From an uncultured Thalassospiraceae bacterium (GTDB lineage: Bacteria; Pseudomonadota; Alphaproteobacteria; Rhodospirillales; JAPHRK01): DNA of 64,000 nt. The position numbers and the translations under genes are program-made. Shown here in pieces: positions 29,603 through 39,439 of this stretch. Numbering within the stretch: the first letter of the stretch is position 1; each line of letters begins with the position of its first letter. Below the pieces are notes generated by a model. That model did not search any database, was not told the DNA's origin, and saw nothing but the letters and a program-made list of their open reading frames with translations. Location: contig CBDULT010000014.1 of the NCBI GenBank assembly GCA_965368165.1, forward strand, positions 21,543 to 85,542. Direction: 5' to 3'.

Positions 29603-29643
29603 GAGCGGGTCCTCCAACACATAGAATTCTTGCCTACCGTCAC

Positions 29644-29659
29644 TCCCGCTTACGCGGGA
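29644..29659. repeat. REP-like palindrome TCCCGC-TTAC-GCGGGA
   Basis: Same core as 17007-17022, in intergenic sequence just after apbE. Confidence 0.5.
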
Positions 29660-29950
29660 ATGAAAATTCTAAATAGGTATAAAGATAGTTTCTCAGCAAA
29701 AGATTCTCAAATATTGCAAAAATCTAATATATCATAGGGTTAGCCCTTATTGAGTATGTGGTTTGGTGTAAAACGGTCCTTTACTGAGGAAAAATTTTCA
29801 TAAAAAAGCTATTTCTGCGCGTTTACAAAAGAAAACAATAGTGGTATTACCAGTGCAATCGGGCTGTAAATCAGAAGAAAACAATCTCAAAATAAGTTTG
29901 TTAGCTATTTGTAAAATAAAGAACTATTCGGAATTGGGCGGGGCAGAATG

Positions 29951-29985
29951 TTAGTTTGGTGCAAAAACGTTTGATACCAAACTAA
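29951..29985. promoter_or_regulatory. 10-bp perfect inverted repeat (TTAGTTTGGT-N15-ACCAAACTAA). Candidate operator upstream of rnfA.
   Basis: Seen directly. It lies about 65 nt upstream of the candidate rnf -10 box and has an AAACGTTT sub-palindrome in the spacer. Confidence 0.3.
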
Positions 29986-30045
29986 TTTTATCGTAAAATT
30001 ATATTGCGTAAAACTATAGGCGGCTGTTTTAATGATTTCGTAAAG

Positions 30046-30054
30046 TGGTATAAT
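30046..30054 (+). promoter_or_regulatory. Candidate extended -10 promoter element of the rnf operon
   Basis: TGgTATAAT is a perfect TGnTATAAT match, about 55 nt upstream of the rnfA ATG. Confidence 0.4.
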
Positions 30055-30109
30055 GGTACCGATTAGCCGCTTTTTGGAAGTTTAAACTTTTAAGTTTTGA
30101 TTGGGTGAG

Positions 30110-30688
30110 ATGCAGGAATACATTTTCATCATTTTAGGGACCGCATTGGTCAATAATGTTGTCTTGGTCAAGTTTCTTGGCCTTTGTCCGTTCATGGGCG
30201 TTTCCAACAAAGTGGATACGGCCATTGGCATGGGCTTGGCGACAACTTTTGTCTTGACCCTGTCAGCGGCTTCCAGTTGGTTGCTTGAGCGTTTCTTGCT
30301 CGCCCCTTTTGGTATTGAGTTCCTGCGTATCCTGACCTTCATTTTGGTTATTGCGGCGGTGGTACAGTTTACGGAAATGGCGGTGAAGAAAATTTCCCCT
30401 GTGCTTTATCAAGTCTTGGGGATTTTCCTGCCGTTGATTACCACTAACTGCGCTGTGCTGGGTGTGGCTTTGTTGAACATCCAAGAAAAAAATTCATTTG
30501 TTGAGAGCCTGCTCTATGGAGTTGGCTCCGCCTTAGGGTTCACTTTGGTGATGATTATCTTTGCGGGGCTTCGGGAACGTTTGTCTTTCGCCGATGTGCC
30601 AGAATCGTTTGCCGGGGCACCTATTGGTTTTGTTGTCGCCGGTCTCTTATCATTAGCCTTCATGGGCTTTTCCGGTTTGTCGGTTTAA
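30110..30688 (+). CDS. rnfA: Rnf electron transport complex subunit A
   Basis: [32 protein letters not shown] is the canonical RnfA/RsxA N-terminus. Confidence 0.92.
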   Translation: MQEYIFIILGTALVNNVVLVKFLGLCPFMGVSNKVDTAIGMGLATTFVLTLSAASSWLLERFLLAPFGIEFLRILTFILVIAAVVQFTEMAVKKISPVLYQVLGIFLPLITTNCAVLGVALLNIQEKNSFVESLLYGVGSALGFTLVMIIFAGLRERLSFADVPESFAGAPIGFVVAGLLSLAFMGFSGLSV

Positions 30689-30718
30689 TAGAGTTTAAGA
30701 GGGGGAAGGAGAGCGATC

Positions 30719-31258
30719 ATGTTAACAGCGATTGGAAGTTTAGCCCTCTTGGGTGCTGTATTAGGCGGTCTATTAGGTGTTGCCTCTAAATATCTTGTTG
30801 TTGAAGGTAACCCGCTGGTGGGCGAAGTGGAAGATATGCTCCCAGGGTCACAATGTGGCCAGTGTGGCTTTCCAGGATGTGGTCCTGCGGCAGAAGCTCT
30901 TGCCGATGGTAAGGCGGCTGTCACTCTTTGCCCTCCTGGTGGCCGTGCGCTGGCTGCCGATCTTGCGAAGAAGCTTAGCGTTGAAGTCGACCTCAATGCC
31001 ATGGAGGAAAAAGAGCCTGCTATTGCTTTCGTCAATGAAGATCTTTGCATTGGCTGCACCCGTTGCTTTGCCCAATGCCCAACCGATGCCTTTGTCGGTG
31101 CTCCTAAACAAATTCATACTGTGATTAGCGAAATTTGCACTGGCTGTGAGAAGTGTGTTGAGCTTTGTCCAACCGAATGTATTGAGATGCATCCCCTGGA
31201 AGTTACCGTCCAAACTTGGCACTGGCCGAAGCCAAAAGAGAAGAAGTTGGCGGCATAA
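30719..31258 (+). CDS. rnfB: Rnf electron transport complex subunit B
   Basis: N-terminal TM helix, CGQCGFPGC cluster, and two 4Fe-4S ferredoxin motifs (CIGCTRC..CP and CTGCEKC..CP). Confidence 0.92.
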   Translation: MLTAIGSLALLGAVLGGLLGVASKYLVVEGNPLVGEVEDMLPGSQCGQCGFPGCGPAAEALADGKAAVTLCPPGGRALAADLAKKLSVEVDLNAMEEKEPAIAFVNEDLCIGCTRCFAQCPTDAFVGAPKQIHTVISEICTGCEKCVELCPTECIEMHPLEVTVQTWHWPKPKEKKLAA

Positions 31259-31262
31259 CTCC

Positions 31263-32774
31263 ATGAAATTATTTAAAATTAGGGGTGGCATTCACCCAGA
31301 GTACCAAAAACAGCTGACCACAAAGTGTGAGATCGAAGAGCTTGCGATTCCACCCCTGTTACATTTGCCTTTGCTCCAGCATATCGGTGCTCACGCCGAA
31401 CCGGAAGTTAAGCGGGGAGATAAGGTAACGAAAGGGCAAATCGTCGCCCGCGCCAAAGGCATGATTTCGGCCCCCGTCCATGCGCCGACCTCAGGAACCA
31501 TTCTTGGCATCCACGAATTTCCAGCCCCCCACGCTTCTGGACTCCCTTGGCAAACCATCACCATGAAACCTGATGGCAAAGATACCTGGGGAGAACTGCT
31601 CCCCGCGATGAATCCTTTTGAGTCGACCCCAGAAGAAATTGCGGAGAGAGTAGGGCTTTGCGGGGTCGTTGGCATGGGGGGAGCAACTTTCCCCTCCGCA
31701 GTGAAGTTGCATCTTGGCAAGGCTCACAAACTTAAAACACTTGTCATTAACGGTTCAGAGTGTGAGCCTTATTTAACCTGCGACGATCGTCTGATGCAGG
31801 AACGCTCTGATGATGTGCTTGATGGTATCCGCACCATTGCCCATGCCCTTGGGGTTGAAAATATCATTATTGGCATTGAGAGCAATAAGCCCGACGCCCT
31901 GCAAGCCATGAAAATTGCTTCAGCAGGTTATTCAGATATTTCTGTAGCTGGTGTACCAACCCGATATCCAATGGGAGCCGAGAAGCACTTGGTTCAGGTG
32001 GTGACAGGGGTTGAAACGCCAGCAGGTAAATTGACCGCCGATGTGGGAATGGTTGTCCATAATGTGGCGACAGCTCTGGCTGTTCATGAGGCAGTGCGGT
32101 TTGGTTACCCGTTAATTTCCCGCGTGGTCACGGTAAGTGGCGGGGCTATTCAAGAACCAAAAAATATTAAAGTTCCTTTAGGCACCCCAATCTCAGCCTT
32201 GATTGCACATTGTGGTGGGTTGAGCCAAGAAGCGGACCGTATTTTGGTTGGTGGCCCGATGATGGGGCAACCTTTGCTTTCAACCCGCTCTCCTGTGGTC
32301 AAAGGAACCAACGGCATTTTGGCCCTAACCCCGGAAGAAACCAAAAAACACACCCCCATGCCCTGTATTCGGTGTGGCAGTTGTGTGACGGCTTGTCCTT
32401 GTGGGTTGGTGCCTCTGGAAATGTCCGCACGGATCCGCAAAGAAGAGCTAGATTCTGCTGTTGATATTGGCTTGATGGACTGTGTTAGCTGTGGGGCCTG
32501 TTCTTATGTCTGTCCCTCTTTCATCCCTCTGACCCAATATTTCAACTATGCCAAAGGCAGGTTGAAAGCAATACAAGGGGAACAGCGCAAACAAGAGATT
32601 ACCAAAACATTGGCAGAGCGTCGTGAAGTTCGCCTTGCTGAACAAATGAGGGCGAAGAAGGAAATGCTTGCAAAGCGCAAGGCCGAAAAAGCGGCCCGCG
32701 AAGCCGCTCAAGCTGCGGCTGCTGCCCCGGAAGAAGCGACACCGACAACACCGGAAACGGAGGCGAACCCATGA
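31263..32774 (+). CDS. rnfC: Rnf electron transport complex subunit C
   Basis: MKLFKIRGGIHP start, GMGGATFP, two CxxCxxCxxxCP motifs, and a K/A/E-rich tail. The track's upstream extension overlaps rnfB. Confidence 0.92.
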   Translation: MKLFKIRGGIHPEYQKQLTTKCEIEELAIPPLLHLPLLQHIGAHAEPEVKRGDKVTKGQIVARAKGMISAPVHAPTSGTILGIHEFPAPHASGLPWQTITMKPDGKDTWGELLPAMNPFESTPEEIAERVGLCGVVGMGGATFPSAVKLHLGKAHKLKTLVINGSECEPYLTCDDRLMQERSDDVLDGIRTIAHALGVENIIIGIESNKPDALQAMKIASAGYSDISVAGVPTRYPMGAEKHLVQVVTGVETPAGKLTADVGMVVHNVATALAVHEAVRFGYPLISRVVTVSGGAIQEPKNIKVPLGTPISALIAHCGGLSQEADRILVGGPMMGQPLLSTRSPVVKGTNGILALTPEETKKHTPMPCIRCGSCVTACPCGLVPLEMSARIRKEELDSAVDIGLMDCVSCGACSYVCPSFIPLTQYFNYAKGRLKAIQGEQRKQEITKTLAERREVRLAEQMRAKKEMLAKRKAEKAAREAAQAAAAAPEEATPTTPETEANP

Positions 32775-33847
32775 GCCGAGGGGCATCGGAGGGGGGGCCT
32801 TATGCCCACAAAAAAACAAGCGTTCAACGCACCATGGCTTTGGTTATGGCTGCCCTTGTTCCGGCGACGGCCTACGACCTTTATTTGTTCGGTTGGCCTG
32901 CCATAAACCTTTTTGTCATCACCATGGTATCGGCCCTGGTGATCGAGGCTTTATGCCTCCTCATAGCGCGCAAACCAGTGGTGATGTTCTTAACCGATGG
33001 GTCAGCTATTTTAACGGCTTGGTTGCTTGCCATGAGTTTGCCCCCATGGGCTCCTTGGTGGGTGGGGGTTCTTGGTGCTGCGATTGCCATTGTTATTGCG
33101 AAACAAATCTTTGGGGGCATTGGTCAAAATGTCTTTAATCCTGCCATGGTGGCGCGGGTTGCCTTGCTGATTTCATTCCCCCTGGAAATGACCACCTTCA
33201 TTAAGCCTTCCCCGCTCGGTTCTGCCGGGGCACCTGGTTTTATGGATAGCTTGGCAGTGACATTCGGTCTTGGCGGCCCAGTCGATGTGGTTTCCAGTGC
33301 ATCAGTTCTAGGGCATGTAAAGACAGAACTGGGACGGGGTATCCCTTTGCAACAAGCTTTGGCGGATAACTATGATCTCTTTGCCATGACCTTGGGTAAT
33401 GTCACGGGCAGTATGGGAGAAACTTCATTCGCCTTGATTCTGGCGGGAGGTGTGTTCCTCATCTTCATGCGGGTTATCACCTGGCATATTCCGGTTGCTA
33501 TGATGACAACCATTGCGGTCCTGGCGACCCTGTTTAACTTGATCAACCCGGCTCAATATCCCGATGCTTTATTCCATTTGGTTTCGGGTGCTACGGTCTT
33601 AGGTGCTTTCTTTATTGCCACAGATTTGGTGACCTCCCCGGTGACCAAACGGGGGCAACTTATTTTTGGGGCTGGCTGTGGCTTGCTGGTTTATGTAATC
33701 CGGACTTGGGCAGGCTATCCAGAAGGCATGGCTTTTGCCGTGTTGCTGATGAATGCCATGACCCCCTTGATTGATCGTTATATTAAGCCGCGCGTCTATG
33801 GGCGTACGGTCAAAGGTGATCCTCTCAATCCAACGGGGGGCACATGA
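32771..33847 (+). CDS. rnfD: Rnf electron transport complex subunit D
   Basis: Polytopic membrane protein with an RnfD/NqrB-like sequence and the SGATxLG flavinylation-site context. ATGA overlap with rnfC. Confidence 0.9.
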   Translation: MSRGASEGGPYAHKKTSVQRTMALVMAALVPATAYDLYLFGWPAINLFVITMVSALVIEALCLLIARKPVVMFLTDGSAILTAWLLAMSLPPWAPWWVGVLGAAIAIVIAKQIFGGIGQNVFNPAMVARVALLISFPLEMTTFIKPSPLGSAGAPGFMDSLAVTFGLGGPVDVVSSASVLGHVKTELGRGIPLQQALADNYDLFAMTLGNVTGSMGETSFALILAGGVFLIFMRVITWHIPVAMMTTIAVLATLFNLINPAQYPDALFHLVSGATVLGAFFIATDLVTSPVTKRGQLIFGAGCGLLVYVIRTWAGYPEGMAFAVLLMNAMTPLIDRYIKPRVYGRTVKGDPLNPTGGT

Positions 33848-34488
33848 GTAGGGTAAAAACAAAATCAAAATTTAAACAAGGCGCGATATTCCAAGGGGTT
33901 TTGCTTGGTGGTTTTGCCATGGCTGCAGCGGCATTTTTAGCCTTTGGTAACGAAGGCACCTATGACGCTATTCAGGAGCGCAAAGCTGAAGATTTGCGGG
34001 CCTCAATTGTCCAGGTTATTCCGCCAAGTCTTCACGACAATAATATCCTTGAGGCGACCTTAGACCTCCCAAGCCCGGATGGTAACTCGGTTCGGGTCTA
34101 TCAGGCCCAACGTAAAGGCCAGACCGTCGCCGTCGCTTACGGCCTGAGCGGTTTTGGTTATGGCGGGGAAATCGCTATTATCCTTGGTGTGCAAGCTTCG
34201 GGTGAACTCTTGGGGGTGCGCGTGCTTTCTCATGCTGAAACTCCAGGGCTGGGCGACAAAATTGAAGCCAAAAGAGGCGACTGGGTTTTAAGCTTTGATG
34301 GCTTGTCTTTTGAAAAACTCAGCCCAGAAAAATGGGCCGTTAAAAAAGACGGCGGTCACTTCGATCAATTTAGCGGCGCAACCATCACCCCTCGAACTGT
34401 GGTCAAGACGGTTAAGCGGGGATTGGAATTTTTTCAAGCAAACAAAGCAAAGCTATTAGCTTCTAAAATACCGGAGGCAAAGAAATGA
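33844..34488 (+). CDS. rnfG: Rnf electron transport complex subunit G
   Basis: N-terminal anchor, ETPGLG motif, and the FMN-attachment motif SGATITPR. Confidence 0.9.
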   Translation: MSRVKTKSKFKQGAIFQGVLLGGFAMAAAAFLAFGNEGTYDAIQERKAEDLRASIVQVIPPSLHDNNILEATLDLPSPDGNSVRVYQAQRKGQTVAVAYGLSGFGYGGEIAIILGVQASGELLGVRVLSHAETPGLGDKIEAKRGDWVLSFDGLSFEKLSPEKWAVKKDGGHFDQFSGATITPRTVVKTVKRGLEFFQANKAKLLASKIPEAKK

Positions 34489-35180
34489 GTACCTCTTTAA
34501 AGGATATTGCCAAAGAAGGCTTTTGGTCCAACAATGTGGTCTTTTCCCAACTTCTCGCTCTTTGTCCTTTGCTTGCCGTTACGGGCACGGCTACCAATGG
34601 TCTCGGAATGGGCATGGCAACGACTGCGGTGATGATGACCACAGGTCTCTCTGTTTCCTTGCTTCGAAATGCCATCACCCCGGAAGTCCGTATCCCGGCC
34701 TTTGTTCTGATTATTGCCACCGTGGTAACCTTGGTTGATATGGCGATGAATGCCTGGCTCCATGAGCTTTATCAAGTTTTAGGCCTGTTCATTCCTTTGA
34801 TTGTGACCAACTGCGCTATTCTTGGGCGGGCCGAGGCTTTTGCTGTGAAAGAAAAAGCAGCTCCGGCTATTTTTGATGGCATGATGATGGGAGTCGGGTT
34901 TACTTTTGCCTTGGTTCTGCTGGGGGCCGTAAGGGAAATTCTTGGCAGCGGAACCTTGTTTGCCAGTGCCTCCTTGCTCCTTGGGTCACCTTTCTCTGTA
35001 TTAGAAATGGTAATTATTCCAGATTATAAAGGTTTCCTTCTCTTTGTCCTGCCCCCCGGAGGCTTCATTGCCCTTGGGTTTATTTTGGCTGGGAAGAATA
35101 TTTTGGAGAAGCACTTAGAAGGACGACCTAAAGAAGAGGGGCCGTCAGAGCTTGAGCTTGCTGAAGGGGAGGTCGGATAA
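34485..35180 (+). CDS. rnfE: Rnf electron transport complex subunit E
   Basis: The NNVVFSQLLALCPLLAVT and PLIVTNCAILGRAEAFA motifs are RnfE/NqrD-like. Confidence 0.9.
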   Translation: MSTSLKDIAKEGFWSNNVVFSQLLALCPLLAVTGTATNGLGMGMATTAVMMTTGLSVSLLRNAITPEVRIPAFVLIIATVVTLVDMAMNAWLHELYQVLGLFIPLIVTNCAILGRAEAFAVKEKAAPAIFDGMMMGVGFTFALVLLGAVREILGSGTLFASASLLLGSPFSVLEMVIIPDYKGFLLFVLPPGGFIALGFILAGKNILEKHLEGRPKEEGPSELELAEGEVG

Positions 35181-35495
35181 ATGATGGTCGGTGTCGCCTA
35201 CGCAAATCTTGCCAAGCAGCTTTGGCTGAACGTGGAGGTCCCAGAGGGAGCGACTGTTCAGCAAACTATCGAAAGGTCAGGCATCTTGAAAGAGTTTGTC
35301 GATATTGATCTGGAAACCCAAAAGATCGGTATTTTTGGCAAATTGGCTAAACTCGATGATCCTGTAAAAGATGGCGACCGGGTGGAAATATATCGCCCTA
35401 TTACCGCCGACCCCAAGGCGGCTAAACGCAAGAGAGCACCAAGACCAACGGATAAAGAAGCCGCAAACAATAATAATGCGGAGAAGGGGGCGTAG
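35181..35495 (+). CDS. rnfH: RnfH family ubiquitin-like protein
   Basis: 104 aa with the UPF0125 pattern ...GDRVEIYRPI..DPK..R. It directly follows rnfE. Confidence 0.8.
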   Translation: MMVGVAYANLAKQLWLNVEVPEGATVQQTIERSGILKEFVDIDLETQKIGIFGKLAKLDDPVKDGDRVEIYRPITADPKAAKRKRAPRPTDKEAANNNNAEKGA

Positions 35496-35624
35496 GCATC
35501 ATGCCCGCTCATTCTTTTAAAATAACATTTTGAATTCGAGGCTTATCCTCCCCGATTAAATGCAAACCGCTCTAGTCTGTAGGCTATGCCTGAGGCGAAT
35601 ATGGAAACGCGTATAGGGCAGATA

Positions 35625-35665
35625 CAAAAAAAGAGGCCGGAACAGGTGTTCCGGCCTTTAAGTTA
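35625..35665. terminator. Bidirectional terminator between rnfH and flgH
   Basis: Stem GGCCGGAAC/GTTCCGGCC with a 4-nt loop. An A8 run lies upstream (a T-run on the minus strand) and TTTAAGTT downstream. Confidence 0.65.
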
Positions 35666-35709
35666 TGTCCAGCGATTACGCTAGAACGGGAAAGTATTGA
35701 TCTCCTAGA

Positions 35710-36510
35710 CTAGAAGGGGAGCAGGATGTCGAGAACTTCCATGCCCCAACGAGGTGTTTGGAGATCGGAGATCGAACCACGGCCACCATAGGCGAGGCGC
35801 ATCTCGGCAATTTTTTCATGAGAAACTGCGTTCGTCGTATCAATGTCTTCTGGACGAACGATGCCTGCGACTTGAAGTTCGCGCAGCTCAGCGTTGACCT
35901 TAAGCTCTTGGCGACCATGAATAACCAGATTACCGTTAGGCAGGACCTGGACAATCACAGCGGCGACTTCTAATGCAACAGTTTCGTCTCGGGCGATCAG
36001 GCCAGTGCCTTCTGTGTCATGGGCTGTCCCCAGGCTGAGGGTTGAGGCCGCGTTAATAGCCTGTGGTAATTTTTTTGCTAACTCTGCTTCCAGGCCGAGG
36101 AGATTAGTGATATCGGCATCTTCTGTGTCGGCACGGGTGCGGGTGGTTTTATTGTTGAGTGACGCACTTTCAGCAATATTCAAGTTCACCGTGAGGATAT
36201 CGCCAACGTCTTTTGCGCGCTGATCTTTAAAGAATGCGCGAGCCCCAGCCCGCCACAGAGAGTTAGGGTTATGGCGCGCCATCTGTGGGGTGGGCATTGG
36301 CATGCTCACTTGACGATAGCCTGGTTTACTTTGTGGGTTAATAATGGGTGTCACTTCAGGGCCATCACCAACGGCTGAAAGGCGTGAAATTGTATTACAG
36401 CCAGTTACTGAGAGGGAAACCAAAGCAAATGCAGCCAGACCTAGGAATTTTTTGCCCAGTGATTTAGGGGCTGGTACTTTGTGATCGGTGTTGTGTGTAT
36501 AGGTAAACAT
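35710..36510 (-). CDS. flgH: Flagellar basal body L-ring protein
   Basis: Lipobox VTGC and the FKDQRAKDVGDILTV hallmark. Confidence 0.9.
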   Translation of the reverse strand: MFTYTHNTDHKVPAPKSLGKKFLGLAAFALVSLSVTGCNTISRLSAVGDGPEVTPIINPQSKPGYRQVSMPMPTPQMARHNPNSLWRAGARAFFKDQRAKDVGDILTVNLNIAESASLNNKTTRTRADTEDADITNLLGLEAELAKKLPQAINAASTLSLGTAHDTEGTGLIARDETVALEVAAVIVQVLPNGNLVIHGRQELKVNAELRELQVAGIVRPEDIDTTNAVSHEKIAEMRLAYGGRGSISDLQTPRWGMEVLDILLPF

Positions 36511-36534
36511 AACTTTCTCTCCTATCCCAAAGCT

Positions 36535-37515
36535 CTAGTTCATTGCCAAGCGACGAACTTTTGACGCTTTTGCAGTGTTGGGAGTTACAGTTGCTTGACC
36601 GGGGCCAATAACGACGGCCTCGACAATGGTTTTGCTCTTGCTGTTGATCACGCGGATAGTTTCGCCTTTTGCGCCATTATCGAGTGCTTTGCCTTTTGCG
36701 GTCATGGTCATCAAAGGGGTTTTAAGGATCAAGGTAACCAAAGATCGTTTAGAAACCGCGATGGGGCGTTGTACGTCACGAATTCTAAAGGCAATACCTT
36801 CTCTTAAAGCCCGCTTAGGGGTCATGCCAATGATTTGATCCATGGATACAGCGGTATTTGAGTCCATACGGTCGAGTCTAACCTTAAGCCATTCAACATC
36901 ACTTTCACCAATGATCTCACCTTTGAGAATGCGGCGGGTCGGGACGGGAATTTCCTGAACCCCATGGGTGCGACCTGCAACACGGAAACGTTGGGCTGAT
37001 GGGTCACCAGCCGGAGCTGCAATGATTGCTGAAAACCGACGGGAGCGTTTGTCGAAGTAAATTTCTTCCACTTCAAGGCTGGGAGCTTGATCAGCATTAA
37101 CATGAATTTTTAGAGTACGATTGTTAATCTGAACAACGCTGTTTTTTGGCGCTCCTTGATCTAAGAGGGCTGTTAAAAGCTCTTCTTCAATTTGAGGGCG
37201 GTAGATCACATTGCTGTCACGAATAACAACAGCGCGAACATTCAGGCTATGGGGACGCCAATCAAGTTGGTAAGAACGGGCTACTTTATAGAGCCAACGG
37301 GCTTCAAAGGTGGTGCTTTTTCCAGGACGAGGGGAATAAGCAACCGCTTTGTCTGCTTTCTCACCAGCGTTTTCGAACAGGTCACCAAGAAGTACATACT
37401 TATCCGTAACAGTAATCCGTTCGTTAAGGGTTGAAGGGCTGGCCTGGGCGGCGGTTGCGAAAGTCATCGCCAATCCAACGAGGCCAAGGCCAAAGAGTTT
37501 TGTAAAGTTTCTCAT
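36535..37515 (-). CDS. flgA: Flagellar basal body P-ring formation chaperone
   Basis: Signal peptide and SAF/FlgA C-terminus ALDNGAKGETIRVIN..SKTIVEAVV. It lies between flgG and flgH. Confidence 0.8.
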   Translation of the reverse strand: MRNFTKLFGLGLVGLAMTFATAAQASPSTLNERITVTDKYVLLGDLFENAGEKADKAVAYSPRPGKSTTFEARWLYKVARSYQLDWRPHSLNVRAVVIRDSNVIYRPQIEEELLTALLDQGAPKNSVVQINNRTLKIHVNADQAPSLEVEEIYFDKRSRRFSAIIAAPAGDPSAQRFRVAGRTHGVQEIPVPTRRILKGEIIGESDVEWLKVRLDRMDSNTAVSMDQIIGMTPKRALREGIAFRIRDVQRPIAVSKRSLVTLILKTPLMTMTAKGKALDNGAKGETIRVINSKSKTIVEAVVIGPGQATVTPNTAKASKVRRLAMN

Positions 37516-37526
37516 AACCGATCCTC

Positions 37527-38312
37527 CTACTTCAGCTTGCTGGTGACGTTCATCATTTCGTCGGAGGTGGTAATCACCTTCGAGTTCATTTCATATGCGC
37601 GTTGAGCGGAAATCAAATGTGAGATCTCCGTAACCGAATTCACGTTGGATGTTTCCAAAAACCCTTGAAGAATGGTTCCGTATCCCGTTGATCCAGGAGC
37701 CGCAGTTGACGCGCCACCCGAAGCTTCGGTTTCAAGGAACAGGTTGCTGCCGATGGCTTCAAGGCCAGGTTCGTTAGCGAAAGTTGCCAAAGAAATTTGC
37801 CCGATATTTGAGGGGGCTGTTTGGCCTTCGATGGTGGCAAGAACCTCACCACTGGCATTGATTGTTACATCAATTGCGTTAGCGGGGACAGTCATGCCAG
37901 GGTTTAGCTGGAAGCCATCATGGGTAACGATTAAGCCTGCGCTGTTAAGCTGGAAGGTGCCGTCACGGGTGTAGGCAATGTCTCCATTAGGACGCGTGAT
38001 CTGGAAATAGCCCTTGCCTTGAATGGCCATGTCCAAAGTATTTTCAGTGGCATTCATATTGCCCTGTTCGTGGATACGGTATACAGCAGCAAGTTTCACA
38101 CCAAGACCGAGTTGAACACCTGTTGGAACCACTGTTCCGGCATCGGAAGATGCGCTGCCAGCGCGACGCAGGTTTTGATACAGAAGATCGTGGAATTCTG
38201 TCCGGCTGCGTTGGAACGCCGTGGTGTTCATGTTGGCGATGTTGTTTGAAATAACCTCAACATTGTGTTGTTGGGCTAACATTCCGGTGGCTGCAATACT
38301 TAATGATCTCAT
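37527..38312 (-). CDS. flgG: Flagellar basal-body distal rod protein
   Basis: MRSLSIAATGMLAQQHNVEVISNNIANMNTTAF N-terminus and SNVN...EMIxAQRAYE C-terminus, 261 aa. Confidence 0.92.
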   Translation of the reverse strand: MRSLSIAATGMLAQQHNVEVISNNIANMNTTAFQRSRTEFHDLLYQNLRRAGSASSDAGTVVPTGVQLGLGVKLAAVYRIHEQGNMNATENTLDMAIQGKGYFQITRPNGDIAYTRDGTFQLNSAGLIVTHDGFQLNPGMTVPANAIDVTINASGEVLATIEGQTAPSNIGQISLATFANEPGLEAIGSNLFLETEASGGASTAAPGSTGYGTILQGFLETSNVNSVTEISHLISAQRAYEMNSKVITTSDEMMNVTSKLK

Positions 38313-38345
38313 TTTCCCGTCCTTTCTATGTTTAAGGATTAACCC

Positions 38346-39080
38346 TTAAACGCCTTTAGATATTAGGCTTAGTACGCTTTTTTCTCGTTGATCTTCTTTG
38401 TTAATCAAGTTCGCGGCACTTTCGTAAGAACGTTGAACTTCAATCATTCGAGTCATTTCAAGCATGGGGTTTACGTTGGAGCCTTCGATGGCTCCTTGAA
38501 CGATGGCTGCATTTTCAGCCGGTTGTGGGTCGTCTTTAGCGGAGTAAAGACCGCCTGCGACCTTTTGTAATTTCTGATCGTTTTCAAATGTCACAACTTC
38601 CAACTTACCCAATTCACCGTTTTCGGTTGAAATAGTGCCGTCTCCGGCGATATGAATGTTGGTGTCGCTGGGACCAAAGAAGAAGGGTTGTCCACCCCCT
38701 GACAGAACCGGGCTGCCAGATTTCGTGGTGAGCTGCCCTTCAGAATTGATGGTAAAGTTACCGTCGCGGGTGTAGCGCGGACCTTGAGCTGTTTCGACAA
38801 CAAAGTAACCGTCGCCGTGAATGGCGATGTCTAATGGATTGCCTGTATTTTGGATGGGGCCTTCCATGGTGTTACGATACTGGGCGATATCACGGGTGTA
38901 AGCTAGTTTGGTACCCAAGATTTTGTCGCTGCCTTTGGATTTAACCAGATGCTCAACAAACATGGTTTTCTCGCCTTTGAACCCGCTTGTGTTCATGTTG
39001 GCGAGGTTGTTTGCGATGGTTGACATTTCCCGCCGCAGTGTCGATTGCCGTGATAAGGCTATGAATAATGTATTTTCCAT
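38346..39080 (-). CDS. flgF: Flagellar basal-body proximal rod protein
   Basis: Rod-family N and C termini (ANNLANMNTSGFK and EGSNVNPMLEMTRMIEVQRSYE), 244 aa, upstream of flgG. Confidence 0.88.
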   Translation of the reverse strand: MENTLFIALSRQSTLRREMSTIANNLANMNTSGFKGEKTMFVEHLVKSKGSDKILGTKLAYTRDIAQYRNTMEGPIQNTGNPLDIAIHGDGYFVVETAQGPRYTRDGNFTINSEGQLTTKSGSPVLSGGGQPFFFGPSDTNIHIAGDGTISTENGELGKLEVVTFENDQKLQKVAGGLYSAKDDPQPAENAAIVQGAIEGSNVNPMLEMTRMIEVQRSYESAANLINKEDQREKSVLSLISKGV

Positions 39081-39109
39081 TTTTCCCGTCTCGCGTCTAT
39101 TGCCGCAAA

Positions 39110-39126
39110 ATCAATATGTTTGCCAA
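39110..39126 (-). promoter_or_regulatory. Imperfect sigma-54-type promoter candidate for flgF
   Basis: The minus strand reads TGGCAA-acata-TTGAT against the consensus TGGCAC-N5-TTGCA. The -12 GC is GA. It lies about 33 nt upstream of the flgF ATG. Confidence 0.2.
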
Positions 39127-39439
39127 TTTATTGCATAAGGTGTGCCAACTTTAAATATTCAATAAAAACAACTAGTTGTGTTGTTTTGCGGTCTTGCGTA
39201 TCGGTATTTAAGGGCCTGTCTGGGCACTGTTGACCCGGCAGCTTTTTCCCAATGCGGATGGTTTGTAAATTCAGTAGGGGAGGCTATAGTGGGGGTGCTT
39301 TAAAAAAGAGGCACTTTTTTAATAAGCTCGATGCAGTTTCAATGAGTTGTTAACTCTATGTTCTTAGACTGTATAAGCTGGGACTCCTTGCGTGACTTGA
39401 GTTCGTATAGGAATTAACCGATTTGGATCGGATGAGGGA

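Noticed and set aside
30685-31291. Two minus-strand ORFs (124 and 147 aa) overlapping rnfB
   Set aside because: They lie entirely inside a confidently identified rnfB/rnfC coding region and have no motifs.
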